A stretch of 64,000 nt of DNA from an uncultured bacterium (lineage in GTDB: Bacteria; Patescibacteriota; Minisyncoccia; Phycocordibacterales; Zambryskibacteraceae): contig CAWBLF010000003.1 of the NCBI GenBank assembly GCA_963789635.1, positions 204,364-268,363 on the forward strand, in the 5' to 3' direction. Below are positions 9,611 to 17,141 of the stretch, in pieces. Position 1 is the stretch's first letter. Each line of letters starts with the position of its first letter. The translations under genes were made by a program, and so were the position numbers. The notes beneath the pieces were generated by a model. It made no database searches. It was not told the origin of the DNA and was given only the letters and a program-made list of their open reading frames with translations.

Positions 9611-11335
9611 ATGAAAGTAAATGCAGGGTCTCGCATAAGGTTTTTATCATTTTGCATTTTGATATTTGCTCTTTTTTTAATTGGCAGACTTTATATTTTG
9701 CAAATCGTAGATAGCGCCGAATTGAAGAGCAAAGCAAATCATCAATACGTCCAATCCACTTATGATTATTTTAACAGGGGGAATATTTTTTTTAAGACAA
9801 AAGATGGAGACCTTGTCCCAGCGGCCACTTTGAAATCGGGATATATACTGGCCATCAACCCGACTCTCATAGTCGATCCGGCCAATACCCTAAAGGAGCT
9901 TTTGACAATAATTCCGACTATTGACCCGACCGATTTTATGACAAAGGCGGCCAAAGTAAATGATCAGTATGAGGAAATTGCCAAATATGTCCCATTGGAA
10001 GACGCGGACCCAATCACCGCCATGAAACTTCCCGGCGTCTATCTTTATAAGGAGCGATGGCGATATTATCCAGGCAATTCTATGGCGGCCCAAACTATTG
10101 GATTTTTGGCATACGACAACAGTAGTGGTAGCGGCACCCTCGCCGGCCGCTACGGACTGGAACGATCCTATGAAGATGTCTTGCACAGAAATAATGACAA
10201 CGTTTATGTCAATTTTTTTGCCGAAATGTTTTCCAATATAAAGAATTCTTTTTCAACAAATTCGTCCATGCAAGGAGACATAGTCACGACTATCGAACCG
10301 TCGGTGCAATCTTATCTTGAACACGAATTGATCGGTGTGGAAAATGATTGGCATGCCGATTTTTCCGGTGGCATAATCATGGACCCGACAACCGGTGCTA
10401 TCTATGCCATGGCTTCAAACCCGACTTTTGATCTCAATAATTTTCAACAAGAAAAAGATCCATCAATTTTTTCTAATAACCTTGTCGAACATGTCTATGA
10501 AATGGGTTCAATTGTCAAACCTCTTACAATGGCTGCCGGCATAGACAGTGGAGCAATAACCGAACAAACAACTTACGATGATACCGGGCATGTCACGTAC
10601 AACGGCAGTACCATAGGCAACTATGACGGCAGAGCCCGCGGAGTCATCCCCATGCAACAAATCTTGAGCCAGTCTCTCAACGTGGGCGCCGCATGGGTCG
10701 AACAAAGGACAGGTAACGCGACGTTTGCGAAATATATGCTTTCTTACGGGCTCGGCTCAACTACGGGCATTGATTTGCCAAACGAAACTCCGGGCTTGGT
10801 GGGCAATTTGAAAAGTCCGCGTGACATCGAATATGCCACGGCGGCGTTTGGCCAAGGGGTGGCTTACACCCCAATGGAAATGATTCGCGCGCTCGCGGTA
10901 TTGGCAAACAACGGGGTACTGGTCACTCCGCACCTTGTAAACGAGGTTGATTATAGTGTCGGCGGAGCAAAAATTATCAATCCACCACCAGGACCGCAGG
11001 TATTGAAAAAAAGCACCACTGACACTCTCACCAATATGTTGGTCACCGTCGTGGATCAGGCGCTTTTGAACGGCACAGTGAAGATGGCCCACTATTCTAT
11101 CGCCGCAAAAACCGGGACAGCCCAAATCTCTGAAGGAAATGGCCACGGATATTATCCCGACAGATATTTGCACACATTTTTTGGTTATTTCCCAGCGTAT
11201 AAACCGAGATTTATAATCTTTCTCTTTAACTATTATCCCAAAGGAGCCAAGTACGCCTCTGAAACTTTGACACCGACGTTTATCAATTTGGCCAAGTTTT
11301 TGATAAACTACTACCAAATCCCGCCTGACAGATAA
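9611..11335 (+). CDS. ftsI: division transpeptidase FtsI/PBP3-like
   Basis: N-terminal TM; SxxK (GSIVKP), SxN (SLN), KTGTAQ. Confidence 0.85.
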   Translation: MKVNAGSRIRFLSFCILIFALFLIGRLYILQIVDSAELKSKANHQYVQSTYDYFNRGNIFFKTKDGDLVPAATLKSGYILAINPTLIVDPANTLKELLTIIPTIDPTDFMTKAAKVNDQYEEIAKYVPLEDADPITAMKLPGVYLYKERWRYYPGNSMAAQTIGFLAYDNSSGSGTLAGRYGLERSYEDVLHRNNDNVYVNFFAEMFSNIKNSFSTNSSMQGDIVTTIEPSVQSYLEHELIGVENDWHADFSGGIIMDPTTGAIYAMASNPTFDLNNFQQEKDPSIFSNNLVEHVYEMGSIVKPLTMAAGIDSGAITEQTTYDDTGHVTYNGSTIGNYDGRARGVIPMQQILSQSLNVGAAWVEQRTGNATFAKYMLSYGLGSTTGIDLPNETPGLVGNLKSPRDIEYATAAFGQGVAYTPMEMIRALAVLANNGVLVTPHLVNEVDYSVGGAKIINPPPGPQVLKKSTTDTLTNMLVTVVDQALLNGTVKMAHYSIAAKTGTAQISEGNGHGYYPDRYLHTFFGYFPAYKPRFIIFLFNYYPKGAKYASETLTPTFINLAKFLINYYQIPPDR

Positions 11336-11358
11336 TTATTTTTCAACTTAATCCATAT

Positions 11359-12657
11359 ATGAAATCACTGTTAAAAAATATTGTAATAAAAATTTTGACT
11401 TGGGAATCAAAAGTTGTAATAAAAAAATACAATCCAAAAATTATCGCCATTACCGGCAGTGTCGGCAAAACTTCCACAAAAGATGCCATATTTTGTGTTC
11501 TCGAGCCGTTTTTTTTCGTGCGTAAAAGCGAAAAGAGTTTTAATAGCGAGGTGGGGGTGCCATTGACAATTCTCGGTATCCCAAACGGTTGGAACAATCC
11601 GTTTATCTGGCTAAAAAATATATTTGAAGGGTTGGCTCTTATCATTCTGCCAAATAATTATCCAAAATGGCTGGTAATTGAAATAGGGGCAGATGCCCCT
11701 GGGGACATTCTTAAAATCACGGAGTGGATAAAGCCGGACATAACTGTGGTGACAAGACTTTCCAAAGTCCCTGTGCACGTGGAATTCTTCCCGTCACCTG
11801 AGGACGTCTTCAGAGAGAAGAGTTATTTGGTCAGCGCCTTGAAAAAAGACGGAGTCCTAGTCATTAATTCCGATGATGAAGATGTCTTGGCTTTCAGGTC
11901 GTTGGTTGATAATAAAACTATTTTGTTTGGCGTGGGTAGTTCTGCTGAAGTAGTCGGAAGTAATTTGCATATTGTATACAGCGAGCAAGATGGAAGAAAA
12001 GAGCCCACCGGCGTAGCGTTTGAAGTCGTCTATGGAAAGGACGGAGGGGAAGTGATGATCCGAAACGGGCTTGGAATACAACAAATGTATCCGGCTCTCG
12101 CCGCCGTGGCGGTGGGAGTGGCTTTGTCGATTCCACTCGACAAAATAATTGCTTCGTTTGAGAAACATTCGCCGTCACTGGGAAGAATGCGAATCATAAA
12201 AGGTATCAAAAACAGTATTATCATAGATGATACGTACAACTCTTCGCCTGTCGCTCTGGCTGAAGCGCTCAATACTTTGGTGAGCTTAAAGACAAGCGGG
12301 AGGAAAATAGCGGTACTCGGCGATATGCTAGAGCTTGGAATTTTTTCTGCTGATGAGCATAAAAAGGCTGGGGCAAATGTGACATTTGCCGATTTGTTAT
12401 TTACGGTAGGTATTCGCGCTCGAAGAATTGCAGAAGGTGCTCTCAACGCCGGTATGAGCGAAACAAAAATTTTTCAATATGAATCATCCCGTGAAGCCGG
12501 AAGAGATTTGGAAATTATGATGAAAGAAGGGGACGTCGTCCTCGTAAAGGGTTCGCAGGGGGTGCGAATGGAGAGGGTGGTGGAGGAGGTGATGGCGGAG
12601 CCAGAACACAAATGGAAACTTCTTGTGCGACAGGACAGTGAGTGGGCAAAACGTTGA
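11359..12657 (+). CDS. murF: UDP-MurNAc-tripeptide--D-Ala-D-Ala ligase
   Basis: Mur ligase P-loop GSVGKTSTKD, DDTYNSSP motif, dcw position. Confidence 0.85.
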   Translation: MKSLLKNIVIKILTWESKVVIKKYNPKIIAITGSVGKTSTKDAIFCVLEPFFFVRKSEKSFNSEVGVPLTILGIPNGWNNPFIWLKNIFEGLALIILPNNYPKWLVIEIGADAPGDILKITEWIKPDITVVTRLSKVPVHVEFFPSPEDVFREKSYLVSALKKDGVLVINSDDEDVLAFRSLVDNKTILFGVGSSAEVVGSNLHIVYSEQDGRKEPTGVAFEVVYGKDGGEVMIRNGLGIQQMYPALAAVAVGVALSIPLDKIIASFEKHSPSLGRMRIIKGIKNSIIIDDTYNSSPVALAEALNTLVSLKTSGRKIAVLGDMLELGIFSADEHKKAGANVTFADLLFTVGIRARRIAEGALNAGMSETKIFQYESSREAGRDLEIMMKEGDVVLVKGSQGVRMERVVEEVMAEPEHKWKLLVRQDSEWAKR

Positions 12658-12706
12658 ACTGTCCAATTCTTGATTAGCTCTCATATATTGGTTATTGTTG
12701 CGTAGC

Positions 12707-12778
12707 GGCCCTATCGTCTAACGGCTAGGACGAAGCCTTCTCAAGGCTTAAATCAGAGTTCGATTCTCTGTAGGGTCA
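12707..12778 (+). tRNA. tRNA-Glu (anticodon CUC)
   Basis: Hand-folded cloverleaf. Acceptor GGCCCTA/TAGGGTC (one G-U). D-stem GTCT/GGAC. Anticodon stem AAGCC/GGCTT with loop TTCTCAA. T-arm CAGAG-TTCGATT-CTCTG. No encoded CCA. Confidence 0.85.
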
Positions 12779-12787
12779 CAACTAGAT

Positions 12788-12816
12788 CTTGCCGAGGCTT
12801 AACCTCGGCAGATTAG
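12788..12816. repeat. palindromic repeat copy 1 (cttgccgagg-cttaa-cctcggcag-attag)
   Basis: Identical 29-mer recurs at 13548-13576. Confidence 0.9.
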
Positions 12817-12825
12817 AAAAATAAT

Positions 12826-13380
12826 ATGAAGGCAAAATTTATTTTACACGGTGGATTTGCTAAAGGAAAAACTGATGAAGATAACAGTGAATTTTATACT
12901 GAAATTTTGAAAGGTGCTCCAGAAAATGCCAAAGTACTTTTGGTTTGTTTTGCTAAGGATGACGATAGGGTGCCAGATGCTATAACTGAGGTTATGTCTG
13001 AATTTAATAAAAATAAATGGCAAAAAGAAATCGCTTTTGAGATCGCAAGCAAAAAATCATTTTTGAAACAAATAAAATTAACCGACGTAATTTATTTTTT
13101 TGGTGGTAGAACTTTTAAATTACTCGAAGCCCTAAAGGATTTTCCTGATTTTCGGAACTTGTTCGATGGAAAAACTGTTGCTGGTGAATCTGCCGGGGCG
13201 AATGTGTGGGCAAAATATTTTTACAGCCCAAATGCCGATAGTGTTGGTGAAGGATTGGGTTTCCTTTCGCTTAAAATTATTCCTCACTATACAGAACAAT
13301 ACAAAGGTAAACTTGATAGCGTTGGAAAGGATTTAGAAGAACTGGATTTGCTCGAATATCAGTATAGAGTTTTTAATTAG
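12826..13380 (+). CDS. peptidase S51 (dipeptidase E-like) family protein
   Basis: 184 aa; IYFFGGRTFKLL and nucleophile-elbow VAGESAGANV resemble PepE/cyanophycinase family. Confidence 0.65.
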   Translation: MKAKFILHGGFAKGKTDEDNSEFYTEILKGAPENAKVLLVCFAKDDDRVPDAITEVMSEFNKNKWQKEIAFEIASKKSFLKQIKLTDVIYFFGGRTFKLLEALKDFPDFRNLFDGKTVAGESAGANVWAKYFYSPNADSVGEGLGFLSLKIIPHYTEQYKGKLDSVGKDLEELDLLEYQYRVFN

Positions 13381-13389
13381 AGACCCTAA

Positions 13390-13418
13390 AATCTGCCGAG
13401 GTTAAGCCTCGGCAGATT
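13390..13418. repeat. palindromic repeat copy 2 (12-bp perfect stem, ttaag loop)
   Basis: aatctgccgagg ttaag cctcggcagatt, 10 nt after the S51 stop. Confidence 0.9.
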
Positions 13419-13420
13419 AA

Positions 13421-13543
13421 GGTGCTTGCCGAGGCTTAACCTTGGCAAGTCATTCTAGTAGAAACCGCCATATGTGTGTGCACATTACCAAAGCCTCTTG
13501 ACATTGTTATTGATAGGGTGTATAATATAGCGAGTTCTTTTTA
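13421..13543 (+). repeat. promoter cassette, copy A (about 120 bp direct repeat)
   Basis: Near-identical to 14171-14290; begins with palindrome copy 3 (13425-13449) and contains a consensus promoter. Confidence 0.9.
13498..13526 (+). promoter_or_regulatory. consensus sigma70-type promoter (TTGACA-17-TATAAT)
   Basis: TTGACA 13498-13503, 17-nt spacer, TATAAT 13521-13526. Confidence 0.7.
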
Positions 13544-13547
13544 TGGG

Positions 13548-13576
13548 CTTGCCGAGGCTTAACCTCGGCAGATTAG
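13548..13576. repeat. palindromic repeat copy 4 (in the 5' leader of ORF 13653)
   Basis: Identical to copy 1. Confidence 0.9.
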
Positions 13577-13652
13577 ACTGGCTATTGACGTTTTGATAAT
13601 GTTTGATATCTTGACCAAGGATTTCTCGTTCTATCTTTAAACCTCTGCCAGG

Positions 13653-14123
13653 ATGGTTGCGATGCCTTCGTTTCTGTATTCAAATATCGATCGAGCGATT
13701 GTCGCGACACAGTATGATCTACGTGGCTTTTGGCACCCTTTGGGATTTCGTATGCCCAAAGAATCGGCAAAAAGCCTGCACGCGACCACGACCAACTTCA
13801 TGAACTTCGCCGCGGGTTGTGCTAAGGAAGACTCCTCTGGGCCGACCGATGAAAACTATGTGCGCTGGCATAAATGCACCCACGAGGAATATCTCGCAAT
13901 GTGCAAGCGGTTGGTCAACGACTGTGATCTGTCCGAGAAGGAGGCAATTCAGCTCATCATCAAGGACATCGCCGAGCAGATGGAAGGTTTGCGGGCGAAG
14001 AAGGAGCGTGGCGAAACGAATTCGGGGTACGTGATGACCATGGACAAGGACAACCGATGGGGCATGGTTATCCTCGCTTTGGCCGAGGCGTTCGAGGTGT
14101 CGCTGGAAACAGTAACGACGTAG
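13653..14123 (+). CDS. GC-rich orphan hypothetical protein A
   Basis: 156-aa ORF (alternative start 13662); codons visibly G/C-ending unlike neighbours; own promoter cassette and terminator. Confidence 0.55.
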   Translation: MVAMPSFLYSNIDRAIVATQYDLRGFWHPLGFRMPKESAKSLHATTTNFMNFAAGCAKEDSSGPTDENYVRWHKCTHEEYLAMCKRLVNDCDLSEKEAIQLIIKDIAEQMEGLRAKKERGETNSGYVMTMDKDNRWGMVILALAEAFEVSLETVTT

Positions 14124-14134
14124 ATTGTAGTAAT

Positions 14135-14170
14135 GCCGGTATCCTATAACAGGATACCGGCAATTTTGTT
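14135..14170 (+). terminator. rho-independent terminator
   Basis: gccggtatcct ataac aggataccggc followed by aattttgtt. Confidence 0.7.
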
Positions 14171-14290
14171 GGTGCTTGCCGAGGATTAACCTCGGCAGGT
14201 CAGTCTAGTAGAAACCGCCATATGTGTGTGCACATTACCAAAGCCTCTTGACATTGTTATTGACAGGGTGTATAATATAGTGAGCTCTTT
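14171..14290 (+). repeat. promoter cassette, copy B
   Basis: Direct repeat of 13421-13543; starts with palindrome copy 5 (14175-14199). Confidence 0.9.
14248..14276 (+). promoter_or_regulatory. consensus sigma70-type promoter (TTGACA-17-TATAAT)
   Basis: TTGACA 14248-14253, TATAAT 14271-14276. Confidence 0.7.
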
Positions 14291-14306
14291 TATAGTTTAC
14301 TTGTAA

Positions 14307-14357
14307 TCGCCACAGCTTTCAGTGTTTCAAAACTTGGAATGTTGAAAGCTGTGGCGA
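14307..14357 (+). promoter_or_regulatory. 15-bp perfect stem-loop in the leader of ORF B
   Basis: tcgccacagctttca (14307-14321) / tgaaagctgtggcga (14343-14357), 21-nt loop, no U-tract. Confidence 0.5.
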
Positions 14358-14427
14358 CAATCCGTTGCCGAGCCCCCACAACCTCGGGCAGAGGGAAGCC
14401 AAGCGCTTTGAGCGCAAGGAGATTTCG

Positions 14428-14991
14428 ATGGCAAAGTACAACGATGTGACCCACGGTCAGACTGAAGCCTGCATCAACCGCATGGGCGGTTGGGACAACT
14501 TCCTCCGCTTCATCGGCGGGTCGGGCAGGATCGTGTTCGACACGATTCTCACCCTCATACGCGAAGTGAGACTCGGCGCGCAACAGGCCGTCACCACTTC
14601 CAAGAAGTTCTGGGAGGATGCTGGCGTGAAGTGGATGGGGGAGAATTTCGAGGCCCAGTTTATTGGCCTAGATGTTCCCGCCACTCCCGCCACGGACCTC
14701 TGCGTTCGTAAGTTGGAGCAGAACTCACTCGACGCTCTCATCATCGCCGAACTCGGCGGTGAAGAGAAAGCCGAGACCAGCATCTCTCACTTCAAGGACT
14801 TCCTTTCGAAGAATCGGAAGTCCACGGAGTGGTTCATCTTTTACCTCAAAGGTAAGGATGGAAACCTCTGGGCAGTGAACGCGCCCTGGGACTCCGGCCG
14901 CGACGGTTGGTATGTCTATGCCTACTCGGTGACGGATCCGCGCAGCTGGGGTGCTGGTCGCCAGGTTGTCTCTAGCAAGTTGACCGTGTGA
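14428..14991 (+). CDS. GC-rich orphan hypothetical protein B
   Basis: 187 aa from the ATG at 14428, preceded by AAGGAG 7 nt upstream (track ORF starts at 14365, inside leader structure); G/C-rich codons; terminator follows. Confidence 0.6.
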   Translation: MAKYNDVTHGQTEACINRMGGWDNFLRFIGGSGRIVFDTILTLIREVRLGAQQAVTTSKKFWEDAGVKWMGENFEAQFIGLDVPATPATDLCVRKLEQNSLDALIIAELGGEEKAETSISHFKDFLSKNRKSTEWFIFYLKGKDGNLWAVNAPWDSGRDGWYVYAYSVTDPRSWGAGRQVVSSKLTV

Positions 14992-15026
14992 ACCTTGGGG
15001 TCTGTCACTTAGACCCTTTGACACTA

Positions 15027-15080
15027 TGACCCTTTGGAATTTCTGCGATTGTCGCATGAGTCCAAAGGGTCATTTCTTTT
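15027..15080 (+). terminator. rho-independent terminator
   Basis: tgaccctttgga ... tccaaagggtca, then tttctttt. Confidence 0.65.
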
Positions 15081-15235
15081 GGAAAAATTTGATATAATTT
15101 TCTTGAAGCAATGTGATACAGAATGGCTAAGGCTTTTCCGTCATAACCTTAAGATATTTTTTGTGAGAGTTATTCTGGGCACGCCTTGAGCAAGGGTGCA
15201 AAAAATAATCTTTAAAAATAAAAACAAAACTTAAG

Positions 15236-15260
15236 TCTGCCGAGGTTAAGCCTCGGCAGA
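15236..15260. repeat. palindromic repeat copy 6
   Basis: tctgccgagg ttaag cctcggcaga. Confidence 0.9.
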
Positions 15261-15295
15261 GATAGGGGTAATGGTTTATCTGATATAATTTCAAT

Positions 15296-16489
15296 ATGAA
15301 CAAGCCCTCGCTCAAAGTCCATCCGGATGTAATCAAACTGGGGTTTGTTTCATTCCTGACTGACGTTTCGTCGGAGGCCATATTTTCTGTCTTCGCGGTA
15401 TTCTTCACGGTCATTGCCGGAGCCTCGGTAGCATTGCTCGGACTGGTGGAGGGAGTGGCCGATTTTTCTGCTTCGTCTTTGGACTATATTTCGGGCTGGC
15501 TGTCCGACAGAAGTGGCAAGCGCAAGATTTTTGCCGTTGTCGGATATGGATTCTCGACTTTGGCTAAGATATTTCTGGTCGTTGCCAACTCGGTGACCGC
15601 TCTGGCACTATTCCGAGTCGTCGAGCGCCTCGGCAAGAGCTTCAGAGGACCACCGCGAGACGCTTGGCTCTCTGATGCGGCCGACCAAGCCAACCGTGGT
15701 TACTCATTTGGTGTTCACAAAGCGATGGACAAAGCCGGCGCCGTGGCCGGGCCACTCCTGGCTTACGCACTTTTGATTTGGCTCGGCCAGACGGAGGGGA
15801 CTTTTCATATATTATTCGTCGGGGCGGCGATAGTCGCGGCTTTGGCCGTCGTCGTCCTCCTTGTCATGAAGGATAGACCGGGAGTGTCGCATAGTCGCGA
15901 GAATATTTTCAAATCATGGACGGTGCTTAGCCCAGGATTCAAGGCATACCTGGTGCCAGCTTGTGTATTCTCCTTGGCGTATTTCAGCTTTGGCTTCTTG
16001 CTCCTCAAGGCTTACGCGGTAGGATTTTCCATTGAAGATGTGGTATTGCTCTATGCTTTGTTTAATCTGGCTTTTGTCCTCGTGTCTGCGCCGATAGGAG
16101 CACTGGGCGATATCATCAGCCGAAAGTATGTCATCATGCTCGGCTACTTCATATACGCTGTCATGTCGGTGGGCTTTATGTTTGCTACTTACAAATGGGA
16201 GATCATCGTTCTTTTTGTTTTGTTTGGTATCTTCTACAGTATCGACGAAGCCCAGACCAAAGCTTTCATCGCGGATATAGAACGCGACAGACGGGGGAGC
16301 GCCATAGGTCTGTACAACTTCCTGACAGGACTTGTCTATCTACCAGCATCGCTAATCGCCGGAGGATTGTGGATGGTGCGACCTGAGTATGCCTTCGGCT
16401 TTGCGGCTGTGCTGGCTATGGTGGCGTTGATTATATTTGTCAGCTTGCGAGGGAAGTATCAGATTCTTATGCAGAAGGAGCCGATGTAA
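15296..16489 (+). CDS. MFS transporter
   Basis: 397 aa, about 12 hydrophobic helices, MFS motif-A-like GWLSDRSGKRKIF; TGaTATAAT box ends 6 nt before the ATG. Confidence 0.8.
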   Translation: MNKPSLKVHPDVIKLGFVSFLTDVSSEAIFSVFAVFFTVIAGASVALLGLVEGVADFSASSLDYISGWLSDRSGKRKIFAVVGYGFSTLAKIFLVVANSVTALALFRVVERLGKSFRGPPRDAWLSDAADQANRGYSFGVHKAMDKAGAVAGPLLAYALLIWLGQTEGTFHILFVGAAIVAALAVVVLLVMKDRPGVSHSRENIFKSWTVLSPGFKAYLVPACVFSLAYFSFGFLLLKAYAVGFSIEDVVLLYALFNLAFVLVSAPIGALGDIISRKYVIMLGYFIYAVMSVGFMFATYKWEIIVLFVLFGIFYSIDEAQTKAFIADIERDRRGSAIGLYNFLTGLVYLPASLIAGGLWMVRPEYAFGFAAVLAMVALIIFVSLRGKYQILMQKEPM

Positions 16490-16490
16490 G

Positions 16491-16515
16491 TCTGCCGAGG
16501 TTAAGCTTCGGCAGA
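16491..16515. repeat. palindromic repeat copy 7
   Basis: tctgccgagg ttaag cttcggcaga (one mismatch), starts 2 nt after the MFS stop. Confidence 0.85.
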
Positions 16516-16524
16516 GATATTGAT

Positions 16525-17010
16525 ATGTTTAAAGGAAAAATTAGGGAATTAAATAATGATGATTTAAACGCCGTTGAGGGGATCCTTGGCATGTATTGGT
16601 TTGGTGAGCTCAAAGATAGATTTTTGAAAAGAATAAAGGATTTTGTAGAGCAAACGCCGGAATCATTGGAACAAAAATATATGTATTTTGTGGCTGAAGA
16701 AAATGGAGAAGTGGTCGGTTTTGCTGGAATGAGAAAGGCACCTGAACACATGAAAAAATATGCAACAACAGATAATCCTGCAGAATTTTATATATCAGCG
16801 GCAAAATATAAAGGAAAGGGTATAGGTATGGCACTACGGTCTGCCAGAATCGAAGAAGCAAAGAAACTTGGATTTACAGAAGCGATATTTTTTAGTCCTG
16901 AAAGTCACAAAGATTCTTAGCCTTTTCATGACAGCGGTGGTTTCAAGAGAGTTGGTTCCGCCACTGCGCCCAATGGCGAAGCTGGCCAAATCTGGAGGAT
17001 TGTTTTTTGA
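16525..17010 (+). pseudogene. GNAT N-acetyltransferase interrupted by an in-frame TAG
   Basis: Acetyl-CoA motif VVGFAGM...YKGKGIGMAL. TAG at 16918-16920. The same frame continues PFHDSGGFKRVGSATAPNGEAGQIWRIVF to the TGA at 17008-17010, which looks like the normal GNAT C-terminus. Confidence 0.6.
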
Positions 17011-17018
17011 GTAGTAAG

Positions 17019-17043
17019 TCTGCCGAGGTTAAGCTTCGGGAGG
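17019..17043. repeat. palindromic repeat copy 8 (degenerate)
   Basis: tctgccgagg ttaag cttcgggag. Confidence 0.7.
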
Positions 17044-17141
17044 GGGGATTAATTTTTTATAGGAGATTTACATTTATGATATTTCTGATATTCTCCATTT
17101 AGAATAAAAGTTCAATATTGCCTAAGTATGGAGGTACAGTA

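Noticed and set aside
14365-14427. Upstream start (14365) for GC-rich ORF B as given in the ORF track
   Set aside because: That start lies inside the leader hairpins and has no RBS. The ATG at 14428 has AAGGAG at ideal spacing.
15127-15414. 95-aa minus-strand ORF overlapping the MFS start
   Set aside because: It overlaps the MFS promoter and start and a palindrome copy, and has no RBS or promoter. It is likely spurious.
16918-16920. Stop-codon reassignment (TAG or TAA read as sense) to explain the GNAT and scpA in-frame stops
   Set aside because: TAA (mreB, lysS), TAG (greA, rpmJ) and TGA (murF, leuS C-terminal part) all terminate conserved genes at the expected ends in this window.
12788-17043. 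CRISPR array interpretation of the repeated palindromes
   Set aside because: Spacing is irregular (7 nt to 1.2 kb), whole genes lie between copies, repeats occur in both orientations, and no cas genes are present.
12707-17100. Integron or attC gene-cassette array next to the tRNA
   Set aside because: It is tempting because each gene is followed by a palindrome. However, no integrase (IntI or any tyrosine/serine recombinase) is visible, and the palindromes are much shorter than attC sites. I kept it only as one hypothesis under the palindrome finding.
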